Below are positions 1 to 10,065 of a stretch of DNA of 64,000 nt, in pieces. Every line of letters starts with the position of its first letter. Position 1 is the first letter of the stretch. The DNA is from Chrysemys picta bellii. Its lineage: Eukaryota. The stretch covers positions 240,126,001-240,190,000 of the forward strand of contig NC_088792.1 of the NCBI RefSeq assembly GCF_011386835.1. The letters are read 5' to 3'. A program made the translations under genes and the position numbers. Below the pieces are notes generated by a model. It was given only the letters and a program-made list of their open reading frames with translations, ran no database searches and was not told where the DNA came from.

Positions 1-1314
1 AGAGTAAAGCCAATGTGTTTGTGCTGGAGGGGACTGTGGCTCCTCTCCTGCTTTAGGCCCCAGTACTGCCAGTAAAATTACCCACATGCATAGGAGTTTG
101 AAGAGTCAGAGCTTTAGTGTCTGTGCCACAGGAACACACCACGTTTTCCCAGCACTTCACTACTTGTTTGCCATCCCTGAATCAAGACCCTCGGCCCACA
201 GGCCAACAAGCGTCACCCAGTTTTCCTGTTCTCTACACCTCCCCAGTAACAAGGCGTTTTCCAGGAACAAAGCAGTCCTGATTCCACCCTTGAACAGTAG
301 GTATTTTGCAGAAGCACTACATAAACAGAGCTGGTAGTTCTAGCACTTGTAATCCACCCCCACTGGATCTCACCTCAGGCAGAAGGTTCTTAAGGAGTCA
401 CCCCTACAAATTAGCTTCTCCTGAAGCAATTTGTTCCTTGGGGAGCCCAAATGATGGATAATCACTTCAGAGAAACCTTGCCATTGATACCACAGACAAG
501 AAGACACAACATTCAAGATGAAACCTGGGGCTAGGACTGAACTCCTTCCCTTCTATTCAAAGACCACAGGCTGCTAACATGTGAACTAAAGTCACCATTA
601 GGGGGATGCACTACAGATAGCGCCTATGACAGCTTTATTATTATTTGTTATTAAAGTGACCACATTCACAAAATTCGGGGGAAAACCCCAACACAGAAAA
701 GGTAAAACTGTCATTTCTTCCCATGAGGGTTGCCACCAGTCCAGGTTTCCCAGGATCTTCCCTTTTTTGTGGTAATTGCCTGGGAAATATATAAAGGTGC
801 TCAGTCACATGGCCAGTTGTCCAGTTTTATGGGCTCTGAACAATCCTAGATGTCCCATTTTTTTGGAGGTGGCACCCCTACTCCCCACCCCTTTGAGAAG
901 CCAGTTTCTCACACTCATCCTCTTCCCTCATCTTAGGGGTTGGTGCTGCCACCTGCGGGGTTCTACTCTTGCAGCCTGGGTGGTGATTCTGCTGCTACTG
1001 CTGGCCTGGTGGTGGTGCCACTGGCTGGGGTTTGGTGATGGTCAAGTTGTGGGGGTGAACTGGTGCCACTGCCATGGTCCTCTGCCTGCTGCTGCTGCTC
1101 TCCCAATAGAAGGGGGATGGGGAGTATGGCTTCTCACAGCTTGTAGCAGTGCCCTCTGCTACGTAAAGGAGTGAGGAGAGATGTTGTGCATAAAATGGGA
1201 CAACTGTCAAATTTCCAGAACAGAGTCAAGATCATTGAAAAATGGAATTGTCTTGAGGGGGGAAAAGCAAGACACTTGGTTAGTTCATTTATTATTTGAA
1301 TTACAGGAGTCCAA

Positions 1315-1625
1315 ACAACAAGGAGTCTGGTGGCACTTTAAAGACTAACAGATTTATTTGGGCATAAGCTTTCGTGGGTAAAAACCTCACTTCTGCAGGT
1401 GCATAGAGTGAAATTTATAGATGCAGGCCTTATATACTGACACATGGAGAGAAGGGAGTTACTTCGCAAGTGGAGAACCAGTGTTGACAGGGCCAATTCA
1501 ATCAGTCCACTCCCAATAATAGATGAGGAGATGTCAATTCCAGGAGAGGAAAAACTGCTTCTGTAATGAGCCAGCCACTCCCAGTCCCTATTCAAGCCAA
1601 GATTAATAATGTTAAATTTGCAAAT
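1315..1625 (-). mobile_element. Penelope-like retroelement 3' fragment with pseudo-LTR
   Basis: Minus strand encodes ICKFNIINLGLNRDWEWLAHY (resembles the C-terminus of the PLE GIY-YIG ORF). The pLTR sequence is shared with 55010-55225. Confidence 0.7.
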
Positions 1626-3996
1626 GGTCCAAACCAACATCAGGTCCTACAGAAGAATTGCAGCACCACCGTTATCAGAATAAACTCAGCCCATTCTATA
1701 TAATCCACCTATGTGAAGGTGAGTAGGTTCTGTGCGATAGTTTAACTATAGGCTTTCGATGTACTACCTAGCATGGAACTGCAATTGATGAGACTTCTGT
1801 GCTTTAGTGAACTTCAGGATGTTCATTAATTAGAGTCCCCCTGGTAGCTCACTGGAACAGAGCAGCTGGTTAGAGCAATAGCTGAGCAGCTGCATCCATA
1901 ACATCAGCAAATTTATGAATCAGTTAGGGGCACCTGATTTGTAAAGTTTGATGCTTATTCAGTGGTGTGAACTTCACCCCGGACTCGGTGGAACAGTCAT
2001 GTCTACAGTGTGAATGTTCTGCTGTATCTTTTCTGCTGCAGTGCATTGGGGTCAGTGTTCTCTAGTGCCACCTACTGCTGGAGCTGGAGAATCAGCACTT
2101 AATAGGTCAGAGGAATGTACTAAATGTCAGCAAGCGGCAGGGATGGGAAAAGGTTGAGATTCTTGTTTTAAATGTCAAATGTTTTTTGTTTGTGAGCTGA
2201 GACTGAATACACATAGTGCACATGTTTAGCCCACTGGATAACTGTAAATATAAAACTCTGTGCTACTAATATTTGGTTTCTATGTCTCAAAGGTGGTTTA
2301 ACCCTGCTCAGGGAGGGTAATTCACTTTGTGCGGACCCCTGGGTAGGTAAGATGTGTGATTCTGGAGAGTTGGGCAGAAAAACAGCAGCAGTATTTTCAA
2401 GTACGGTGTGTTTAGAACTGATTTGCTGGAACATACGAATTCTAGATCGCGGGGAGTGAATTTAGCTACGCAGTCACTGTGAGGAAGGTATGTATTGTCC
2501 GCATTTTAGAGAAGGACCAGAGCGACAGAGGGCCACATTGTGAACGCCTTCTCGTGGGAGCAGGTACCACTCATGCAAATACTTCCATTGATGTCAGTGA
2601 GACACCTCGTGTAAGTAATCACTCAGCAATGTGAGTAAGGGACTCACAATGTGGTCCTGAGAAATTAACGGGGCTAATATGGCCCTAATTTGGGCTGATT
2701 ACCCAACTTCAGACACCTGAGCCCTGATTTTCTGAGATGCTGAGCAGTCACAGTCAGACGGGCTTCAGACCGAATTGTGAGTGCCTAGCATCTTTGAAAA
2801 ACAGGCTCCTCATGTCTAAAGTTGGGCACTCAAAAACCAAGGCACCCAGAAATAGACACCACTTCTGAAAATGTGGGATAAAGAGATTAACACAGGGTCC
2901 CCGGGGTACTGCTGTGATAGAACCTGGGTCTCATGACTCCAAGGGCTTTGGAAAACAGGATCAGGCCCAAAGCAAAATGTGTGCGTTTCAGCTTTTCTAG
3001 TTATGTTGCTTTAAAGAAGCTAAATGTTTTGTGCAGCATGGCTGGGGGAAAAGTCATGCAGCTGCAGTCTCAGCAATGCTATCATTCGCTGTTGGTTGCG
3101 CCTTTTAAGACTATGCATTTGGAAATACAGCATGTTGTGTGTTTGATATCTTGGTTTTATTTCTCAATAGATGATGTGGCAGTAAAGATCCCTGCTTATG
3201 CCTGGGTGAACTCTGATCCTGAGCAGAAGCCTGACCTCTGATACCTGTTCCACCATGTACCTGTTTCATCCTCTGTGGAGTGCTGGTATGGTGTTCCAAG
3301 GGATACTTCAGCTATTTTACCACATGGCAGTTGCAGTGGATAAAGCATATATGATACCAATGAAACTGCAATCAGTTTGCATATAATTTTTTTCTCCTAA
3401 TTGTGAAAATGGAGACTTTTTATTTTAATACCATGGTCCATTTTCACTAATTGTTATTAAAAGATCACTATGTCCCAACTAATTACCCCAGTGATAGCTG
3501 TATCTGCAAATGCTGGTTTTCCAGTTGCTTCTCCTGGACTCAAGCATGCTATATTTCCATGTACATGTTAATTCTGGAAGCTTATATCAACTCTCTTCTA
3601 TTTCCAGTGTTCCTGGCAGTTGAAATGTTGTATCATCAGATAGAAGACTCAATAAATGTAATATGTAATTAAAGTTATTGTGGCAAATTCTATTAATTAC
3701 ACCAGTGCAGCCCAACTGACTTTAAGTTTGCATGGGTGTAACTGACAAGAGATTTGAATCTATTAACTGTAGTGTGGACATTAATGAGATATTATATTGA
3801 TGGTATGTTTCCTAATTATTTTTTATCCTAAATTACTATCATAGTACACAGTCAAAGGAGCCAATTCCCATTCCTAAGAATTACTTCCCAACTTCCAGTT
3901 CTCTGGCCCAATTCTCTTTCCCTGGCATTGTGGTAATCTGGTTTCTAGCACCAGTGCAGCTCTTCTTCAGACTCACTTCCATAGTATGATCTAATC

Positions 3997-4215
3997 CAGG
4001 GGTTCTCAAACAGGGGGTCGGGACGCCTCAGGGGGTGACAAGGTTATTACATGAGGGGTCACAAACTGTCAACCTCCACCTCAAACCCAACTTTGCCTCC
4101 AGCATTTATAATGGTATTAAATATATAAAAAGGTGTTCTTAATTTATAAGGGGGGTCGCACTCAGAGGCTTGCTATGTGAAAGGGGTCACCAGTAAAAAA
4201 GTTTGAGAGCCACTG
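3997..4215. mobile_element. hAT (Charlie/MER5-like) MITE
   Basis: CAGGGGTTCTCAAAC...GTTTGAGAGCCACTG termini. Confidence 0.7.
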
Positions 4216-4551
4216 ACTAAGCTATGACTCCTGTTTCCTCTTCCCAGTTTAGTTCACCTCTTTCATTGACTCCCCAGTATATCCAGACTCATGCCCCAGC
4301 AAGTCCCAACTTCTTCCCAGCTGAAGTAATCTTTTCTCCCTTAACTATCTTGCTGAATTGTCCCCCACTGTTATGTATGTGACAGCGTGGCACAGGGCCT
4401 TCCAGATTAGAGATGATTCATCCCTGACCCCACAGCTGCTTTTGGATTTCAGCAGAACAGTCCCTTCTGCTGAATTGGAGATTTATTACTGCTGCTTTTA
4501 AAAATGCTCCCATCCCCCTTTCCAGCTGATCAGGAAAACTTTAGTCCCCAG

Positions 4552-4715
4552 GTTGTTTTTCTATTTTTCTAGTGTGGTTTCTTCAAACTCTTGCCAGTTT
4601 GAAGGACAGATTGTCCAGACTGAGAACATCTTTGAAACACTATTCTCCTCAGTGAGCCAATCCTTGCTGATGTTCACAGTGGGTCTCTCCAGGCAATCCA
4701 GTTTTCCTGTACCAC
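4552..4715 (-). pseudogene. Decayed FABP exon 2 remnant
   Basis: Aligns by eye to gene B exon 2 (plus strand GTGTGGTTTCTTCAAACTCTTG-CCAGTTTGAAGGA and CTGATGTTCACAGTGGGTCTCTCCAGGCAATCCAGTTT). Frameshifts present, donor lost. Confidence 0.75.
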
Positions 4716-5739
4716 CTTGTTGGAAAGGAATGCTTCACAGACAGAGGCATTCTCTAGCCCAATTTATACAGCGCTCATTGAAGTCAATATGAGTCTTTTT
4801 GTCTTCAGTGGGTTTTGGGTCAGACCCATAATGAGAAGCCAAAGTATAATTGACTATAAACCCTTCCCTTCTTGAGGTGTGAAATCTTTAATGGGGATCA
4901 GACAAGGCCCTATCCCTCACTTGACAGCCCTAATGAGAGTGTAGTTCAGCAAGCAGGCTTTAAAACTTGGTGAGAATTTCCCACGGGTATTAATTTATCT
5001 GCATTTAAGAAACGAACATGGTTTATTGTAACAAACTACTCACAACAAAAGGTATGTAAGAGGGGAAAATGTATGTCCACTTTTGTAAAGTCTAGAAGCG
5101 TCTCTGGAGCATCTGTATGTCAGTAATATTACAAGTACAGAAACGAGGCTTTTGAAATAATTGTTTGATTAAAAACATAACAGTCGGAAAAGAAAGCCAG
5201 AAAATGAAGATTTGAAACAGACACTACCAGAAGCTTTGCATAGGCCCATTAGTGCTGCTTTCTCTCTCTCTCTCAAACACACACCAAGTTTGGGTGAGTC
5301 AGGAGCAAAGGAATTGATTTCATTAGAAAACATTTTAAACTTTGTAAATCGGATGGGATGGTAGAAACTGGATCCACTGTTACATCTGGCATATGCCTTC
5401 TGACAGCACAAACAATGAACTGGAGGTTGGGTAAGTGATGTAGCCAATTTATCACAGCAGCATTATCTAGAGACATCAAGCACATTCATCTACCATCAAG
5501 ATGATAAAGAGGGGAGTCCATCATCAGATGGTATGCTATTTGTTCTTGAGCTCCACGGGGGCAGGATGGGGAGCTCAAGTAGATTAACAGTAAAGATATA
5601 AGTTAAACTGCCCATGACTCCAACATATCCTGTTGTAACGAAGAAGGATCTTTTGGCTCATATGGTTGTCTGGGGGGCATGCAAGAGCATATCCAGAGAC
5701 ACTAGAGGCTGCAGATATGAGTTGTCTATCTGTCAAGAA

Positions 5740-6170
5740 ATGCTACATCAATGCAAAACATAGCCCTGAGCCTCCTGTTGCTGCCATTCCTTAGAAAGTT
5801 TGTGTCCGAGGTACTGTCTGGGAAGCTCAATGGTTTCAAAAAAGTGGTCACATTATCTGGCATTTTGGATGTGGCTTTGAGATGAAATTGTGATGTAAGC
5901 TGTCTTGGTGGTTGACTGTGCACAACAATGCAGCCCTGGATCTGCCCTCACACCTAATTGCTGGGGCAGCAAGGGGAGCTGGGAGTGGAAGGGTGGAGAT
6001 GTGAGTTGTCTGGGTTGCACCAGATGATACGAAGGCCATAGTTGATACTTGAGTCCAGCTTGCCACAATAATGACTGGAGATCCAAGCTGCTGCACAGTA
6101 TTCCATGGATACAATCATTATGGGACTGGTAGATGTCCGTCAGGTTGCAGCACTGCCGCCGTAGGAGTTG
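5740..6170 (-). mobile_element. Old Vingi/Ingi-like (I-clade) LINE fragment
   Basis: Minus-strand frameshifted translation SMEYCAAAW...KLDSSINYGLRII..ATQTTHISTLPLPAPLAAPAIR resembles the post-RT EYCAPVW...LRIITG...LP.LA.I.PP.IRR region. Confidence 0.5.
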
Positions 6171-6567
6171 CTGGCAAGGCTGCAGAGAAATGGGATTCCT
6201 GACTGAACTTTAGCATGTTTGCTTTCTAAGTTGTTGAAAGGACAGACAGCTGTCAAGCTTTATTTCCAAATAAGTAAGTCATGGTTAAAAAAACAATTGG
6301 TTGATTGCTTGGGAGGATCTGTAGCTGCCAATGTCATTGTTACTTAGACTAGGTATTTTTTATCTTGCTCATTTTGGTCCCCACTTTTAGATATGGCCCT
6401 CTAGCATAAGATTTATATTTTTGATGGGTGATAGAGTTTGGGACTACCAAATTGTAGGGTGTTTACTGTAATTAGCTCTGCTTTCAGTATTGTGGCTAAG
6501 GAAATAAAAGTGCTGGTGACTGGAATCTGGTTCCTAGCACTGTTTTATCCCTACACTATCTGTCACT

Positions 6568-6606
6568 AGTTGGCCTTGAGTATTACGTATTCAAGCCATT
6601 TTTAAA
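6568..6606 (+). promoter_or_regulatory. Degenerate FABP proximal promoter module of the orphan exon 1
   Basis: AGTTGG..GAGTATTACGT..CCATTTTTAAA is homologous to the module upstream of B-E. Confidence 0.6.
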
Positions 6607-6696
6607 GAGAAGTTGTCAGAGTTTACGTGTCTCACACCTTCTTTTTTCTCCTTGGTAGCAGCAGCTGTCCTTGTCAATGCCCAGCAAACTCCCACA

Positions 6697-6769
6697 ACGC
6701 CTGAGCTATTCCTGGGAACTTGGAAACTCGTTTCCAGTGAAAACTTTGAGGAATACATGAAAGAACTGG
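6697..6769 (+). pseudogene. Orphan FABP exon 1 with ATG>ACG start
   Basis: ACG CCT GAG CTA TTC CTG GGA ACT TGG ... GAA CTG G|GTGAG = (M>T)[24 protein letters not shown]. Exactly 73 nt with an intact donor. No plus-strand exon 2 found before gene B. Confidence 0.85.
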
Positions 6770-7137
6770 GTGAGACATTATTATTTTGACAGGGGACTGG
6801 AAATGTGTCTGCCTTCAGAGAGAAGGTGCTGAGTCTGTCCTTTGTTCCTCTGCTTCTCTAAAGTGGCAAAGCTGTACTTGGTGTACATCCAGAGAAGGGC
6901 TGGAAGGAAAGGTGACTAACTCACCTTCACATTTTGCTGATCCTGGGGCCATCAGGCACTGCCCTGGTCCCAGCACAGGTTTGAGCAGCCTACAGGCTGC
7001 TGTATCTTGCATTGGCTGCAAATAACTCCCAGAGGTTATGGCACCTGATGATGAGCCAGCTGCAGGGACTCTTTAGCTATAATCACCATGGTAGATTTCA
7101 AGGACGAAGTAAAAGGGGGAGTTATGTTAGATTTTAT

Positions 7138-7985
7138 CAGTGGTGTAAGTAGGGCAGTCCGGTCCAGTCTGCCATACAAGTAAGCTATTTATAGCCGGTA
7201 TGGCATACTGGAAAGACACAGGAGGAGCAGAACGCCAGGCCGCCGGGCAGCCCCATGCCAGCAGCTCCTGCAGCGTGGCTGTACTGCCCCCAGCCCTTCC
7301 ACACAGCTGCGTGCCTGCGTCTCCTATCCGGGATTTGTACAGCAGCCCTGTCATAGCACATGGCTGGGGGCGGGGCTGGGATGGTACAGCTGCGCCGGAG
7401 GAGCTGCTGGCATGGGGCTGCCAGTGCTCCTTTCGCCGCGACGGTTCCCGGGAGAGTGCTGTGGTTCAAGGCTCTCCCAGGAACCGCAGCAGTGAAAGGA
7501 GCAGAACCCCACGCCGGCAGCTCCTCCTGCACAGCTGTACCGTCCCAGTCTCCCTCTACAGACCCTGGACAGGACTCAGGAGATGCAGCTGCATGGAAGG
7601 GCTGGGGGCAAGGCTGAGGGCTATACAGCCGCACCAGAGGAGCTACCAGCATGGGGCTCGGTTGCCAGCATGTTTGAAAAAAATATTCTCTGCTCTCAGA
7701 GGGAGCTAGTTTGAAGCTCTTCTGCTGGCAATTCCCAAAGCAGGTGTGACTGTGAACTGGCTATTGTTCCAGAGAGCAAGCCCTCTTCTCTTAGCAGCCC
7801 ACACAGCAGCTGTGCCGTGTCCACTCACTGGGGGCGCTCCCCCCTGCAAGTAACATGGGATGGATCGAGGGGAGGGAAGAGGAGAGCACAGAGCCCCAGC
7901 CTGGGGTCACGTGAGGAGTCATGTGCCCCCCCAGCTTTAGCTGGTGCAGCGTACCAGTAAGAAATGAATTCTACTTGCACCACTG
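7138..7985. mobile_element. hAT non-autonomous element
   Basis: TIR CAGTGGTG(T/C)AAGTAG, perfect 8-bp TSD GATTTTAT. Confidence 0.88.
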
Positions 7986-8329
7986 GATTTTATCAATCTC
8001 TACTAAAGTCAACATCCTGTATTAAGAGGAAAGGGAAATCTAGGTTTCTGAGAGTGATAGAAACAGGAAACAAATAGTGCTCTTCAATGACAGAGCAGAA
8101 CTTCCTGGAAAAAGTTTGGCGCAGTCTGGCCCATCTTCACCCCTAAGGCAATACCATAATTATCCGTTTAATACTCAAACTACTACTGATGGCTAAGTGA
8201 TACTCTCATATCATGCACTTTCTCGGTATCAGAAAGGGGTGCAGAATGAGATTTTCTCCAACTCTTGTGCTATTGCTTCATTCCTGTTAGAGGTCTAGAA
8301 TGCATCACTGGAACTCTTACATACTGGAA

Positions 8330-8405
8330 AAACTCAAAAGCGTGTCTCTTTCACCAGCAGACGTTAGTCCAGTAAAAGTTACCTCACCCACTTTGTCTCT
8401 TTAAT
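8330..8405 (+). mobile_element. Degenerate Penelope-type pLTR fragment
   Basis: AAAGCGTGTCTCTTTCACCAGCAGACGTTAGTCCAGTAAAAGTTACCTCACCCACTTTGTCTC resembles a recalled common turtle PLE terminal repeat. Confidence 0.4.
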
Positions 8406-8659
8406 AAAAGATGACACACAGTCCATTCCTATAGCAGGAGAACAGTGTTGTACCTAAATTGAGAGGCACTGGGGCCATCTAGGAAGATACAGGCCAACAA
8501 ACCTTACTTCAGCATCTGGCAAGGTGAGCACCCGAATAACTAAAGGCAGAGCTCTAAAAGCCAGAGGTGGAAGCAAAAGGAACAAGCCAAAACCTGTTTT
8601 GAAATGGTAAGTTATCTTCCCAATAGCATCGTGTGCCAGTTAAAGTAGATGAAGACAGA

Positions 8660-9300
8660 CAGTTGACTTGTCTTTTGAAAAAAAGCTTTTTTGTAAGTCT
8701 CTCTCAAGAGACGAGGTTGGAAGATAATTAGTCTCAGGGGAAAGGCAAATAATTGGCAACTGGTAAAGGAGGAAGGTTATGCAATTTTGAACATTGTAAA
8801 GTAGTACACATCCCTGAGATGCTCCAATGGTAATAAGATGAGTCTTATGTTTGTTAACGATCCTGAACAGGGGGGTTTAGAGATGTGACAATTTGCCAGT
8901 AATTTAAAAATTGATTAGGTGAGACTAAGGAAGATTGTTTTCCTTGCTGTTGAGGAATTGCAGAGCAGGCTAATGAGCAGCACAAATGCTGGTGAAAATC
9001 ATTGGTGATGAGTGAATGGTACGGTAGCAGTTACCTATCAGTTTGAGCTACTTACACACACTGCAGAATTCTCAGTCAACAACAATTACTCAAAGACAAG
9101 TGTCATTGAAAGGATGCAGCAATTAGAAACCAGAATGTATTGAGATGGGACTGAAGGCAGAAAGACTTCTTATGCCACTATATAAAATTGTTAGCACCCT
9201 CATCTTGAGCATTGTGCTCATCGCGGAGTGTCCATCTCAGGAGAAGGAGACATCAGTAACAAAGATCCAGAAAAGAGGAGATAAGTGATTTTTTAGTAGT
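8660..9300 (+). mobile_element. Highly decayed CR1 LINE fragment
   Basis: Remnants of DFQKAFDKV and LMPLYK.LV.PHLEHCAQ motifs. Confidence 0.55.
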
Positions 9301-10014
9301 TTAGGACGTTGGTTCATTTCCAAGACCCCCTCAGGAAGCCCTCTAACTATATTCCTTCTCCCACCTAGACAGACTTCCAAGGGGGTATTCTAGACCTCCA
9401 ACTTCCTAGCATTCTTCTTGAAGCAGTGGGGGTTTTCCCAGTTGGTGTTCCCTCTACCATATTCCTTTGACTATCATCCATGCATTTTTGTGTCTGTCCC
9501 TCAATTACACGACCCCCATTTCTTTGTTAATTCCCAGAATAGGAAGAAGCCAATCTTGTGCCAAGGGTTTGGCTTTTTGGGGCACTCCTGCCCTAATCAA
9601 GGTCAAGTAGGCCACTTCAGGTATATCTTTCCCCAATTAGACACTTGTGGGTGGCTTGTGCCAGCTGATGTGGGTTGGGGCTAAGGGACTGTTTAATTGC
9701 AGTGTAGACATTTGGTCTCAGACTGCTCTAGGCTACTGAGATGGGAGAGACCCATGCTGTGGCCTGATTGCAGTATAAGCAGATCTTTCCAAGGGATCAG
9801 GCATCACTACCACACAAATACTCTAGGACATTAGTCTGGAAATATTTTATTCACTCGCCACACTTCAAACAAGTGTTAACTAAATTGAAGTATGGTACAT
9901 TGCGGGCACATGACTATTCAAAACTTTTACAAACAGAAGGGAAACAGTAGCCTTTATCTTGTGGAACTGAGCCAGTTCCCAGCAGCAAGTTATAGTTAAC
10001 TGCAGATAGTTTCT

Positions 10015-10065
10015 TCATGCTTTCTCATAGACTCTAGTGCAGATGGCATACTTCATGGTACATTC
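10015..10065 (-). CDS. FABP paralog B exon 4
   Basis: 51 nt, [16 protein letters not shown]. Confidence 0.93.
   Translation of the reverse strand, partial: ECTMKYAICTRVYEKA

Noticed and set aside
215-241. CCCAGTTTTCCTG..CACCT resemblance to the start of a minus-strand FABP exon 2
   Set aside because: Similarity does not extend into the rest of the exon.
5504-5533. IKR....MV resemblance to FABP exon 3 on the plus strand
   Set aside because: Spacing is wrong, there is no QKWDG motif, and the match is too short to distinguish from chance.
6677-6679. Upstream ATG as a rescue start for the orphan exon 1
   Set aside because: It is 20 nt upstream of the ACG and therefore out of frame with the FABP codons.
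7185-7709. Long GC-rich ORFs (155-169 aa) on both strands
   Set aside because: They lie wholly inside a hAT element with TIRs and TSD and show no protein-family motif. The same applies to ORFs at 17064-17707, 20176-20566, 26331-26990 and 46121-46563.
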